Of a stretch of 64,000 nucleotides of DNA, positions 53,941 to 63,837 are shown in pieces. Within the stretch, counting starts at the first letter, position 1, and each line of letters opens with the position of its first letter. Below the pieces are notes generated by a model. The model searched no databases. It saw nothing but the letters and a program-made list of their open reading frames with translations, and was not told the origin of the DNA. The DNA comes from Myxococcota bacterium (GTDB lineage Bacteria; Myxococcota; UBA4151): positions 64,001 through 128,000 of the forward strand of contig JAYZBQ010000048.1 in NCBI GenBank assembly GCA_036338695.1, read 5' to 3'. Made by a program: the position numbers and the translations under genes.

Positions 53941-54392
53941 CGCAGCGGACCCCACCACGCCGAACCATACAGTGAGCGAAACCGAGCGCGCGGCCAGACG
54001 CCGGCGCCCTGCCCCTCCAGCACCACCTCAAGCCGATCGCTGCGCTCACCCCACAGAATGATCCACTGACCGTCATGCCGAACCAGCGCCGGCGCATCGG
54101 GGCGTTCGCCAACACCGCGCTGAGCGCCCGTCTGCCCCAGCCGGCGCAACCACGCGCCCGGGTCCGACTCGCCGGGCCAAGCCGGCACGCCGGCGCACGC
54201 ACCGCGGCACAAAAAAGAGGCGCCCGTCGTACGGCGCATTGCGTCGCGCTGGAGCAACCCGTCGACCTGCATGGGCGCTTCGAGCTGACCGGGCACGGGG
54301 TGCCGCTTGGCGGCGCCGACGTTACGGACCCCAAAGACGACACCGCACAAGAGGCAGAGCGCCACCAACAGTCGTTCATCCACGCGCTTCAC
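53937..54392 (-). CDS. Hypothetical membrane-anchored protein
   Basis: N-terminal hydrophobic helix. Its stop forms an ATGA overlap with the lnt start. Confidence 0.55.
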   Translation of the reverse strand: MKRVDERLLVALCLLCGVVFGVRNVGAAKRHPVPGQLEAPMQVDGLLQRDAMRRTTGASFLCRGACAGVPAWPGESDPGAWLRRLGQTGAQRGVGERPDAPALVRHDGQWIILWGERSDRLEVVLEGQGAGVWPRARFRSLYGSAWWGPLR

Positions 54393-54452
54393 CGATTGAC
54401 ATCCAGAGCCAAGATGGGTTGCTACCTCCCCGGTACGCAAAGGAGTTCCAGC

Positions 54453-55157
54453 GTGGTTGTACCGTTCTTCGCCGCTCCCGCAAAAGCCTCGATGGACTGG
54501 GGCGCTATGATCGCCCACAGCGGCCCCGTGGGTATCTTCGTAATGCTCAGCCTAGTCGCCATGTCGATCGCTTGCTGGGGGATCATCATCCTCAAGTTCA
54601 ATCAACTGCGCGTCGCCGAGCGCCAAACTCAAGCCTTCTTGGACTGTTTCTGGAACGCGAGCGACCTCGAGGTCGTGTACCAGAAAAGCCAGACGCTCGA
54701 GCGCTCTCCGGTGGCGCAGCAGTTTGTGGCCGGCTACCGAGAGCTTGGGCGAGCCGGGGCAGAGAGCGGCGGCAGCTTTGCGGTTGAGCTCGGCAGCTTT
54801 GAGAACATCGAGAGAGCCCTCCAGCGAGCAGGTCTCGACGAGCGCCTCGAGCTCGAGCGGCTGACCAGCTTTTTGGCCACAACGGCCTCTGCGGCGCCTT
54901 TTATCGGTCTGTTCGGGACCGTCGTCGGGATCATCCGCGCCTTCCAAGACATCGGTCTACAGGGCTCAGCGAACCTCGCCACGGTGGCGCCAGGTATCAG
55001 CGAGGCGCTGGTCGTGACTGCCGCCGGCCTCGCCGCAGCGATCCCAGCTGTGATCGCCTACAACTACTTCCTGAGCCGCATCCGCGTGCTGCGATCCGAG
55101 ATGGAAAGTTTCACGCGCGACTTTCTCAATATCGTCAAAAGGCACTTCTTCAGCTAG
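54453..55157 (+). CDS. tolQ: TolQ/ExbB/MotA proton-channel protein
   Basis: LAT.ASAAPFIGLFGTVVGI, VAPGISEAL..TA.GL.AAIPAV.AYN. GTG start after AAGGAG. Confidence 0.9.
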   Translation: MVVPFFAAPAKASMDWGAMIAHSGPVGIFVMLSLVAMSIACWGIIILKFNQLRVAERQTQAFLDCFWNASDLEVVYQKSQTLERSPVAQQFVAGYRELGRAGAESGGSFAVELGSFENIERALQRAGLDERLELERLTSFLATTASAAPFIGLFGTVVGIIRAFQDIGLQGSANLATVAPGISEALVVTAAGLAAAIPAVIAYNYFLSRIRVLRSEMESFTRDFLNIVKRHFFS

Positions 55158-55196
55158 GGTGCTCCCTGTTCGCTGTTTGAGAACCGGGGGGAAGCG

Positions 55197-55502
55197 ATGA
55201 ACAAATCCGACTTAATCCGTTACGTGACGCAGGAGCTCGACGGGCGCATTAGCCAGCGCCTCGCAGGCGATGTGGTCGACGCCGTCTTTAAGGGGCTCTC
55301 GGCGGGGATGATCGAGGGCGGAGACGGAAGCACCGTCCGAATCAACGGGTTTGGCACCTTCCAAGTCCGCACGCAAAAGCCGCGGATCAGCTACGGGTTT
55401 AACCTGACCAAAGGGGGCGGCAAACCGGTCCACATCGAGGCGCGCAAGACGGTACACTTCAAAGCGAGTGACCTGCTGCGAGCAGAGCTCCGCAACCACT
55501 AA
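55197..55502 (+). CDS. HU/IHF-family DNA-binding protein (divergent)
   Basis: MNKSDLI, V.I.GFGTF.V and I.ARK.V.FKAS..L. Confidence 0.88.
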   Translation: MNKSDLIRYVTQELDGRISQRLAGDVVDAVFKGLSAGMIEGGDGSTVRINGFGTFQVRTQKPRISYGFNLTKGGGKPVHIEARKTVHFKASDLLRAELRNH

Positions 55503-56380
55503 TTTAGATGCCGAGCGCCCTGCCGCAGCTGACCGCTGTCCGCGCGCAGGAGCTGAATCTCCTCTACCAACTCGGATACAAGCCGGGTCACCAGACGGCT
55601 GTCCGTCTGCAACTGAATCTGCGCTTTAGCGTACAAGGGCTCGCGTCGAACCAGCAGCAGCCGCAGCTGCGCCAGCGCCGCCTCTTGGCCCGACATCGGC
55701 CGGCGATCCCCTTGCTCGACAACTCGAGACCAGAGCGTCTCAGCGGTGGCGCTCACATAGACCGACAGCGCGCAGCGCAGCAGCAGCTCGTGGCTCTGCA
55801 GGTGCTCCACGACGCCGCCCCCGGTCGCCAGCACCAGCGCCTGGTCCTGCATCAAAAGGTCCGCCAAACACCGGTGCTCGATCTGACGATAATAGCGCTC
55901 GCCATAAAGCGAGATCAGCTCGGCGATGGGTAACCCTGAGGCGGCCTGGACGCGGTCATCGAGCTCGACAAACGGGAGCCCGAGGCGCTGCGCAAGCTGG
56001 GCTCCGAGCGTCGACTTGCCGGCGCCACGCACCCCGAGCAGCGCGATCACGCGACGCTGACGCTGCTCGTAACGTAGCTCAAGCTCACGAGCGATCGCGC
56101 TCAGCTCGTCGTAAGTGCGCCCCTCAAGGACACGCTCGATGCGTGCGCGCGGACCGTCCAGCCTAGGTCGAACCAGGAGATCGACGACGGCTAGACCGAG
56201 CGCACCAGCCAGCTGCTCCAAGGCTTTCAAGCTCGGGTTGGCGCGCCCGCCTTCAACCTCGGTGATGTAGCGCGGCGAGAGCGATGCGCCGCTCGCCAGC
56301 GCCAACACCGACCAACCTCGCTCCAGACGCAGCTGGCGCACGCGTCGCCCAAGGGCGTGTTGAGACGGCTTACTGGGCAT
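55499..56380 (-). CDS. boxR: BoxR/BzdR-family regulator (XRE HTH + shikimate-kinase-like domain)
   Basis: N-terminal HTH (LS.RYI..VE.GRANPS), GVRGAGKST, LATGGG and QGD.RPM. Divergent from boxC. Confidence 0.88.
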   Translation of the reverse strand: MPSKPSQHALGRRVRQLRLERGWSVLALASGASLSPRYITEVEGGRANPSLKALEQLAGALGLAVVDLLVRPRLDGPRARIERVLEGRTYDELSAIARELELRYEQRQRRVIALLGVRGAGKSTLGAQLAQRLGLPFVELDDRVQAASGLPIAELISLYGERYYRQIEHRCLADLLMQDQALVLATGGGVVEHLQSHELLLRCALSVYVSATAETLWSRVVEQGDRRPMSGQEAALAQLRLLLVRREPLYAKAQIQLQTDSRLVTRLVSELVEEIQLLRADSGQLRQGARHLN

Positions 56381-56422
56381 TATACTGCTCGCAAATAGGA
56401 CCTCCGATGCGCTTCATAGTGC
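56377..56422. promoter_or_regulatory. Two candidate BoxR operator boxes
   Basis: Imperfect palindromes GCATTATACTGC (56377-56388) and GCTTCATAGTGC (56411-56422) lie between the divergent boxR and boxC genes. Confidence 0.45.
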
Positions 56423-56479
56423 TTGGTAAACCGAGCGCTGTCGAGGCATACAAGGACTCGGATTGTTTGCGGAGTCCTC

Positions 56480-58123
56480 ATGACCATCACGTTCCAACGC
56501 CACCCTTCAACCTATCATCACTGGTCACTCGATGTAGAGGGAGCCATCGCGACGGTCACCATGGGGGTCAACCCAGACCAGCCGCTCAATCCCGGCTACG
56601 AGCTCAAGCTGAACTCGTATGACCTCGGCGTCGACATCGAGCTCGCCGACCTGCTGATGCGGCTCCGCTTTGAGCACCCCGGCGTCAAGGTGGTGGTCCT
56701 GCGTGCGAACGATGACAAGGTCTGGTGCGCCGGCGCGAACATCCTCATGTTGCGGTCGTCGTCGCACCACTTCAAGGTCAACTTCTGTAAGTTCACGAAC
56801 GAGACGCGCTTCGCCATCGAAGACGCACAAAAGCATTCCGGACAACATTGGATCGCAGCGGTCCGAGGCGTCTGCGCAGGAGGCGGCTATGAGCTCGCCG
56901 TCTGCGCCAACGAGATCTTGCTCGCCGACGACGGCCGCTCCGCTGTGAGCCTCCCCGAGGTGCCGCTGCTCGGTGTTCTCCCCGGGACCGGCGGTCTGAC
57001 GCGCGTGGTCGACAAGCGTAAAGTGCGTCGAGACCACGCCGACGTTTTCTCGACGCTCTCCGACGGCGTGCGGGGTAAGCGCGCCAAGAGCTGGCGCCTG
57101 GTCGATGAGGCGATCCCGCTGTCACGCTTCGAAGACCGCATCGGCGAACGCGCTCAGGAGGTGGCGGCAACCGCTCCGGCGCCGCAACCAGGGATTGAGT
57201 TGACGGAGCTCACCTTCGAGCACAGCGATTCCGGCTATCAGTTTGAGTACGTCGACTTGTCGATCGAAGCGGATCAGCGCCTCGCAACGTTGACGATGCG
57301 CGCACCGCATCAAAGCGCCGCCGAGATCGCAGCGCTCAGCGCCGAGGCGATCCGAGCGCAAGGCGAGAACTTCTGGGCATTCAAGGCGTACCGGGAGCTC
57401 AACGAAGCGTTGCTGCACCTGCGCTTCAACCACATCGAAGTCGGCACAGTGCTTATAAAAACATCGGGCGATGCGGACGCCGCTTTGGCCATGGACGCCA
57501 AACTCAGCGAGCTGCAGGCATCGGACTGGTTCGTGCGTGAGGTCGTCCTGTACATGGGCTTTGTGCTGCGCCGGCTCGACCTCACGGCGCGTTCCTTTTA
57601 CGCGCTCATGGAAGAGGGCAGCTGCTTCGCTGGCAGCCTGCTCGAGCTCGGGTTGGCGGCGGATCGGAGCTACCTGCTCGAGGATGAAGCGGGTGAGAAC
57701 GGGGTCGCGATCGGAGCTCTTTCGGGCGGCGATCTGCCGATGTCGAACGGGCTGTCACGGATCGACTGTCGCTTCTTGCATGACCCAGAAGCCGGAAAAG
57801 CGCTCGCTGAAGGCCAAGGCCGCTACTACGGCGTCGAGGCGGAGGATGCAGGCCTGGTGACCTTCGCCCTCGACGACATCGACTACCCGGACGAAGTCCG
57901 CCCAGCGATCGAAGAGCGCGCCAGCCTCTCGCCCGATGCGCTCACCGGGATGGAGGCGAACTTGCGTTTCGCCGGCGCCGAGACCGTGGAAACAAAAGTG
58001 TTCGGTCGCCTGTCTGCATGGCAGAACTGGATCTTTCAACGCCCCAACGCCGTCGGGGAATCGGGGGCTCTGCAGAGCTTCGGGGAGCCGACGACACCCA
58101 AGTTTGACTGGAGGAGAACCTAA
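56480..58123 (+). CDS. boxC: 2,3-epoxybenzoyl-CoA dihydrolase
   Basis: YELKLNSYDLGVDIEL, KVNFCKFTNETR, LPEVPLLGVLPGTGG and LSAWQNWIF.RPNA. Confidence 0.96.
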   Translation: MTITFQRHPSTYHHWSLDVEGAIATVTMGVNPDQPLNPGYELKLNSYDLGVDIELADLLMRLRFEHPGVKVVVLRANDDKVWCAGANILMLRSSSHHFKVNFCKFTNETRFAIEDAQKHSGQHWIAAVRGVCAGGGYELAVCANEILLADDGRSAVSLPEVPLLGVLPGTGGLTRVVDKRKVRRDHADVFSTLSDGVRGKRAKSWRLVDEAIPLSRFEDRIGERAQEVAATAPAPQPGIELTELTFEHSDSGYQFEYVDLSIEADQRLATLTMRAPHQSAAEIAALSAEAIRAQGENFWAFKAYRELNEALLHLRFNHIEVGTVLIKTSGDADAALAMDAKLSELQASDWFVREVVLYMGFVLRRLDLTARSFYALMEEGSCFAGSLLELGLAADRSYLLEDEAGENGVAIGALSGGDLPMSNGLSRIDCRFLHDPEAGKALAEGQGRYYGVEAEDAGLVTFALDDIDYPDEVRPAIEERASLSPDALTGMEANLRFAGAETVETKVFGRLSAWQNWIFQRPNAVGESGALQSFGEPTTPKFDWRRT

Positions 58124-59562
58124 TGGTCGCAACATCGGTAGACTACGAAGCCCGGATCCCGAACAACGTCGGGCTGTCCTCGGATCGTCGCCTTCAGCGA
58201 GCGCTCGAGCGCTGGCTCCCAAACTACATCGACTGGTGGCGCACGATGGGCCCTGAGGGCTTTCAAGACGACAACATCTACCTGCGCACCGCGGTCAGCG
58301 TCGAGAAGTCAGGGTGGGCGCAGTTTGATTATGTCAAAATGCCGGACTACCGCTGGGGTATCTTCCTCAACCCAACCGAAGAGGATCGCAAGATCGGGTT
58401 TGGTGACCACTACGGAAAAGACGCTTGGGATCAGGTCCCCGGAGAATACCGCAACGCGCTGCGCCGCATCGTCGTGACGCAGGCGGACACCGAGCCAGCG
58501 TCTGTGGAGCAGCAGCGCCTGCTCGGGCAGTGCTGCCCCTCGCTCTACGACCTGCGCAACCTCTTCCAGATCAACGTTGAAGAGGGGCGCCACCTGTGGG
58601 CGATGGTTTACCTGCTGCACTCCTACTTTGGGCGCGACGGGCGAGAGGAAGCCGAAGAGTTGCTCGAGCGGCAGTCAGGAAACCCGGACAAACCGCGTAT
58701 TTTGAACGTCTTTAATGAGCCGATCGAAGACTGGCTCAGCTTCTTCTGCTTTGCGACCTTTACGGACCGAGACGGCAAGTATCAGCTCGGCGCGCTCGCC
58801 GAGAGCGCCTTTACGCCGCTGGCTGCCAGCACCCGCTTCATGCTGACCGAAGAGGCGCACCACCTCTTCGTCGGGCAGACCGGCGTTGAGCGCATCATCA
58901 AACGGACGTGCGAGCTCATGAAGGGCGATGCAGACCACGACGTCACGAAGGACGGCGGCATCCCGCTGCAGATCATCCAGCGCTACATCAACCGCTGGTA
59001 CAGCCTGAGCCTCGACCTGTTCGGATCCGAGGTCTCAAGCAACGGCGCTACCTTCTTCGCCAACAGCCTTAAGGGGCGGTTCCAAGAGCAGCGACGCTGG
59101 GACGACCACATCGGACTCGAAGGCTGCAAGGTGATGGACGTCGTCAAGGACGGCGCCGTCGCGCACGAGGAGGTGCCGCTGCGCAATGCGATGAACGAAG
59201 TGCTGCGCGATGAGTACATCAAAGACTGCCAGACGGTGATGACCTCATGGAATCGAGTCTGCAAAAAGGCGGGCATCGACTTTCAGTTTACGCTGCCGGA
59301 CCGAAAGTTTCACCGCCACCAAGGCGAGTACGCAGGGCACTTCTTCAACCCGCAGGGTGAGCTGATCGACCAGGAGCAGTTCGAGGCAAACCAAGACACT
59401 TGGATCGCCTCAGATGAGGACCGTGCGTACGTTAAATCACTGATGGTTCAGGTCACCAAGCCCGGCGAGTTCGCTCACTGGATCGCACCGCCCAAACGCG
59501 GCATCAACGGGAACCCGATCGAATTCGAATACGTCAAGTTTACCCAGCACGTCCGGGACTAG
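58123..59562 (+). CDS. boxB: Benzoyl-CoA 2,3-epoxidase subunit B (diiron)
   Basis: IPNNV, YLRTA, DTEPASVEQQ, EEGRH and EEAHH diiron motifs. Confidence 0.96.
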   Translation: MVATSVDYEARIPNNVGLSSDRRLQRALERWLPNYIDWWRTMGPEGFQDDNIYLRTAVSVEKSGWAQFDYVKMPDYRWGIFLNPTEEDRKIGFGDHYGKDAWDQVPGEYRNALRRIVVTQADTEPASVEQQRLLGQCCPSLYDLRNLFQINVEEGRHLWAMVYLLHSYFGRDGREEAEELLERQSGNPDKPRILNVFNEPIEDWLSFFCFATFTDRDGKYQLGALAESAFTPLAASTRFMLTEEAHHLFVGQTGVERIIKRTCELMKGDADHDVTKDGGIPLQIIQRYINRWYSLSLDLFGSEVSSNGATFFANSLKGRFQEQRRWDDHIGLEGCKVMDVVKDGAVAHEEVPLRNAMNEVLRDEYIKDCQTVMTSWNRVCKKAGIDFQFTLPDRKFHRHQGEYAGHFFNPQGELIDQEQFEANQDTWIASDEDRAYVKSLMVQVTKPGEFAHWIAPPKRGINGNPIEFEYVKFTQHVRD

Positions 59563-59566
59563 TCGA

Positions 59567-61357
59567 CTACGGAGCAGGTTGGGCGCAGCGAAAGCCGATG
59601 CGGTCGCTCGCTCGCCTGCCGTTGGCGCGCACATAGGCAGGGCCGAAGTCACCGCGCAGGGTGCCCGCCATGCCCTCTTCAAAGGGCACCACCGGATCTC
59701 TGAGCGGCAAGCCCTGCTCGACCTGAGAGCCGTAGACGCGGAAGCGGTAGCCATCCAATGTCCACTCGCGGACGTTGCCAATGAGATCACAGACGCCTTG
59801 CGGATTGTTGCCGTCTGTTGCGGAGCATGGTGGTTTCCACTGTCCGCCGCGTGCGCAGAGGTCCGCGTCTCGATCACTGTTGACCAGCTGCCGCACCGCG
59901 TAGCCACAGCTCGGCGTCGGCGCTGCACCCCAAGGGTAGGGGTGGGCCTCCGGTCCACGCGCCGCAAACTCCCACTGCGCCTCGGTCGGAAGCGTCTTAC
60001 CGAGCCAGTTGCAGTAGGCGAGCGCGTCCGCACGCGTCACCTGCGTCACCGGTTTGAGCTCATCACCCTGAAAGCGCTGAGCGTCCTCGATGGTCTCACG
60101 CCAGCCGTCAGGCCGTTGATGCTCCGGGTGAATCTCAAGAAACTGCCGATACCGGCCGACCGTGACCTCCTTGCGGTCCAGCAAGAAGGTGCTCAAACAC
60201 GTCTCATGCGCAGGGCCGTAATCGGCTGAGCCGTCTAAGCCGCGTGCGAAGCAGCCTGCAGGGATCTCAACAGGTAACAGGTCCTCTCGACAGTCGGCGG
60301 CGCAGTCGTCGAGGTCGAGGGTGTTGCCGTCATCGCAGCGCTCTGCGGGAAAGACCACCACCCCGTCGCCGCATTGCGAAGTGATCTGCTGGCAATCCGC
60401 CGAGCAGTAATCGCCATCCTCGGTGTTGCCGTCATCGCAGGCCTCATAGCCCTCCTCGCCCGGGGCGAGCCCCTCGCGCAAGAAACCGTCACCGCAACGA
60501 TTAAAGACGCACCCTTCAACGCAGGCGTCGTTGTTACTCTCTTCGCCGTCGTCACAGAATTCATAGGCGCTGTTGGCACAGCGTCCCGCGACGCACCGCT
60601 CACCCTCAGCGCAGTCATTACCACCCGGTCGGCACACCGACTCGCTGCCGATCTCGACGTCTGTTCGCAAGACCCCATCACCGCAACGGGCGCTCAAGCA
60701 GTCGGCGCCGCAGGCGTCAGCGGGCTCCTCGTTGCCGTCATCACAAGCCTCGTAGAGCGGGTCGAGGCAGCGCCCGTCACGGCACACCTCTTGCCCCTCG
60801 CAGGTGCTGCTGTCGGCGCAGGGCGTCTCGCTACCGGGCGCACGATCCTGGCGTACGATGGCGTCACCACAGCGGTGGCGGTCGCAAGCGGTCGTGCAGC
60901 CATCTTCCTGGTTATCGTTCTGGTCATCACAGCTCTCATACCCAGGCTCGCCCGGCTGTTTATCGAGCCGTGTGATGCCATCACCGCATGCCGCATTCTC
61001 ACAGGTGCTCCGGCAAGCATCGGCGTCGTTGTCGTTGGCGTCATCACACTCTTCGTCCGGATCCTTAACGCCATCACCGCAGCGATCGAACGAGCAGCGC
61101 AGGCTGCAGTCGCTGTCGAGCGTCGGCTCGCAGGCTTCGTAGTCAGGCGCGCCAGGATCGAGATCAATGCGCACGACACCGTCGCCACAACGCGCCAGAC
61201 GACACAGGTTGGTGCACTCGTCGGCTGGGTCCGGGTTACCGTCGTCACACTCCTCGCTCGGGTCGACGACACCGTCGAGGTTGCAGACCGGGAGGTCTGG
61301 GATCGGGGTACACTGAACAAACACGAGCCACACAGGGACCCAGCGCAGCCACCTCAT
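59567..61357 (-). CDS. Lipoprotein with Cys-rich DUF4215-like repeats and C-terminal FGE-sulfatase (SUMF1) domain
   Basis: FVQC lipobox-like signal, CGDG..E.CDDGN repeats, EVT, LPTEAQWEFAARG, YPWG, DLIGNVREW and GFRC. Confidence 0.88.
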   Translation of the reverse strand: MRWLRWVPVWLVFVQCTPIPDLPVCNLDGVVDPSEECDDGNPDPADECTNLCRLARCGDGVVRIDLDPGAPDYEACEPTLDSDCSLRCSFDRCGDGVKDPDEECDDANDNDADACRSTCENAACGDGITRLDKQPGEPGYESCDDQNDNQEDGCTTACDRHRCGDAIVRQDRAPGSETPCADSSTCEGQEVCRDGRCLDPLYEACDDGNEEPADACGADCLSARCGDGVLRTDVEIGSESVCRPGGNDCAEGERCVAGRCANSAYEFCDDGEESNNDACVEGCVFNRCGDGFLREGLAPGEEGYEACDDGNTEDGDYCSADCQQITSQCGDGVVVFPAERCDDGNTLDLDDCAADCREDLLPVEIPAGCFARGLDGSADYGPAHETCLSTFLLDRKEVTVGRYRQFLEIHPEHQRPDGWRETIEDAQRFQGDELKPVTQVTRADALAYCNWLGKTLPTEAQWEFAARGPEAHPYPWGAAPTPSCGYAVRQLVNSDRDADLCARGGQWKPPCSATDGNNPQGVCDLIGNVREWTLDGYRFRVYGSQVEQGLPLRDPVVPFEEGMAGTLRGDFGPAYVRANGRRASDRIGFRCAQPAP

Positions 61358-63837
61358 AAATCACTCCACGGGAAGCGCAGCGTAAACCACGACAGCGCCG
61401 AGACACCCACACCAACCAGCGCGTACCCGCCGCCCTCCAACCACTGACCCTGCTGAGCCTGTGTGCGCCCCTCCTCCATCTGCCCGAGGGCTCCGGCGAT
61501 GCTGCGCTGACGGTTGGCGAGCTCATACGTGGCCACCGAATCGGCGGTGATCGAAGCCCCCGAATAGCGCGCCGCAGCGCCCACCCCGAGCGCTGCCAGC
61601 CCACCAAAGAAGAGGTAACGGCCGGCTTGTACACGATCATAAAACGCCGCGTTGACCATGCTCATCGGGACCAAGCGCCGAAAGTTCACGCTCGCCTCAC
61701 GCCCGTTTTGAACCTCAACCTCCAAGATGCGCGGCGCAAAGCCATCTCGTTGCGCCTGCATCTCATAGAGCCCCTGCGGTAGATCATCGATCACGACCGG
61801 CGTGACGCCCATCGGGACACCGCCGACCACGATCGTAGCCCCAGGAACGACCGTCGCGACCTTGAGCTGACCGCGCCGGGTCAGCTTGGCGTTACGGACG
61901 CGCTCAAGCTCATCCATGGCGATGACGACGCGACGACCATAAGGGTTGTACCCTTTCTTGCGCACCTCCATCGAGTAGATCCCAACCGGCAGGTCTTTAC
62001 GCAGAAGCGGGGTCTCACCGATCGATCGACCATCGATCAGGACCGTTGCGCCGACGGGGGTCGAGACGACCTCTAACCCACCCACCATCGCCGAATACGC
62101 CGGGTTGATGCGCGCAACACCTTTGTTCGCCACGGTGATCGACTGCTTAAAGGGCTGATAGGCTTGACTGTCGGGCTCGACGACGACCTCGTGATCACCC
62201 GGCTCGATCGCCACCTCAGCGGGCACTCGAGCGACCGCCTTGCCGTCGATCAACAGCCGCCCAGGCTGCCCTCCATCAGTGACGATCAAGCGCGCCGAGA
62301 CGGCCTCGAGCTCACACTTGATCGTCACCTGGCGCCCGCGCCGCACACGCACGAACTGGCGCGTCGTACGGTGAAACGCGGCCTGGCAGGTAACCTTCGC
62401 TTTGCCGGGCGGGATCTTCAGGACCGTGCGCCCATCTTTCACCCGAACCTTTCGCCCTTTGGCGGACGCGGTCAGCCCCTCGGTCGCCCCCACGACCAAC
62501 ACCTCACCAAAGCGCTTACGAACCGGCAGGTTGAAGCTGAGTTTTTGGTGCTCGACCATCTTGAACTTGACCGGCTTGGACTGCCACGTATCGTCAAGAA
62601 TCTGCAGGGTATGCTTTCCACTCGTGACCTCATCGATCAGCATCGGCGTGCGACCCACCGGGTCACCATCGAGCAGGATGCCGGCGCCCTTAACGGCGCT
62701 GGTGACCATCACCTTCCCGTAGCGAGGCAGCATCTCAGCGGCGATTTTCACCGTCCCACCGGGGACGCAGTTGATCTGTCGCCAGAGCCGGTAATAGAGC
62801 GGGTGACGAATCACCACCTTATGCGGCCCAGCCGGGCATCGATTGAAGGTCAGCGGGTTCTCCCCGATCCAGCGACCATCCAGGTACACATCGGCGCCGG
62901 ATTTGACCTTCATGTTGACGCTCAGGCTACCAAACCGAGGCGTCCGCTCAGCGCCGACCTCAGCCGCCTCCGATTTAATCGCCTCAGAGCGCTTCGGCTG
63001 CAGCGACAGCATCGCCGCCTGCCCAGACGCCAGCTCAACCCGTTGCTGCGCCGGCTGATGACCGGGGAGCGTGACCTCGACCTGATAGCTTGCACCTCCG
63101 TTGCGCTCCAACCTCAAGACGTCGAGCTCGAGCACCTCACCCGCTGCCTCTCCGTCGATTGTGACCGCGGCGCCGGTCGGCGCCATGAGCGTGATCGCAG
63201 CGTCAAAGGCTGGCGCCGTCCCGTTGACCATGGGTGCGGGCGGCAGCGCGTAAACAGCCAGCCGAACTTGCCTGCGAAGGCTGCGCAAAAGGACCTCGCC
63301 AACGGCGCCGATCTGTGGGTCAGCACGCACCACAAAGTCAGCGGGTCGATAGCTCCTTTGTTGATCGACTTGATGCGCGGTTATCTGCACCCGCAACCCC
63401 TCGTTCGGCGCCGCTGAGATGCGCGTCCTGATGAACTGTCCGATCGCTGTCTGGTTCAGCGCTTTGTACAAGCATGCGTCATCGTTGCAGCCTCTCGCCT
63501 CGTTGAACAACTGCTCATCGTCGAGCTCGAGATCGCCCATCGTTCGCACCCGAAACGAACCCTCTTGCTTGAGCGCATTCTTGATGACGAGCTGCACCTC
63601 CACGCGCAGGTCCTCGGGGAGTTTCAGGTCGTCGGCATAAGTCGGCGCAAGGAAGAGGAGCCGAGGTGCGTAGCGACGGAAAATTTCTTCGGCGCTGAGC
63701 TCTTCGTCTGCGGGCTCAGAAGACGCCGCCGCATCTGCCTCGACCGGAGCTTCTGATTTGTCGCTCGCGGCCGGCTCCTGAGCCGCTGTCGGCATACTCA
63801 GCAGCAACCCGACCGCGAGCAAAGGCTCAGCGCGCAA
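61354..63837 (-). CDS. PEGA-domain repeat protein
   Basis: Signal peptide, repeated S.P.GA.V.IDG..G.TP motifs and C-terminal hydrophobic helices. Confidence 0.85.
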   Translation of the reverse strand: MRAEPLLAVGLLLSMPTAAQEPAASDKSEAPVEADAAASSEPADEELSAEEIFRRYAPRLLFLAPTYADDLKLPEDLRVEVQLVIKNALKQEGSFRVRTMGDLELDDEQLFNEARGCNDDACLYKALNQTAIGQFIRTRISAAPNEGLRVQITAHQVDQQRSYRPADFVVRADPQIGAVGEVLLRSLRRQVRLAVYALPPAPMVNGTAPAFDAAITLMAPTGAAVTIDGEAAGEVLELDVLRLERNGGASYQVEVTLPGHQPAQQRVELASGQAAMLSLQPKRSEAIKSEAAEVGAERTPRFGSLSVNMKVKSGADVYLDGRWIGENPLTFNRCPAGPHKVVIRHPLYYRLWRQINCVPGGTVKIAAEMLPRYGKVMVTSAVKGAGILLDGDPVGRTPMLIDEVTSGKHTLQILDDTWQSKPVKFKMVEHQKLSFNLPVRKRFGEVLVVGATEGLTASAKGRKVRVKDGRTVLKIPPGKAKVTCQAAFHRTTRQFVRVRRGRQVTIKCELEAVSARLIVTDGGQPGRLLIDGKAVARVPAEVAIEPGDHEVVVEPDSQAYQPFKQSITVANKGVARINPAYSAMVGGLEVVSTPVGATVLIDGRSIGETPLLRKDLPVGIYSMEVRKKGYNPYGRRVVIAMDELERVRNAKLTRRGQLKVATVVPGATIVVGGVPMGVTPVVIDDLPQGLYEMQAQRDGFAPRILEVEVQNGREASVNFRRLVPMSMVNAAFYDRVQAGRYLFFGGLAALGVGAAARYSGASITADSVATYELANRQRSIAGALGQMEEGRTQAQQGQWLEGGGYALVGVGVSALSWFTLRFPWSDL

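Noticed and set aside
54396..54430. TTGACA upstream of tolQ
   Set aside because: There is no convincing -10 element at 16-18 bp spacing.
59567..59800. Diversity-generating retroelement target (C-terminal FGE/CLec fold)
   Set aside because: No template repeat or reverse transcriptase is visible in the window.
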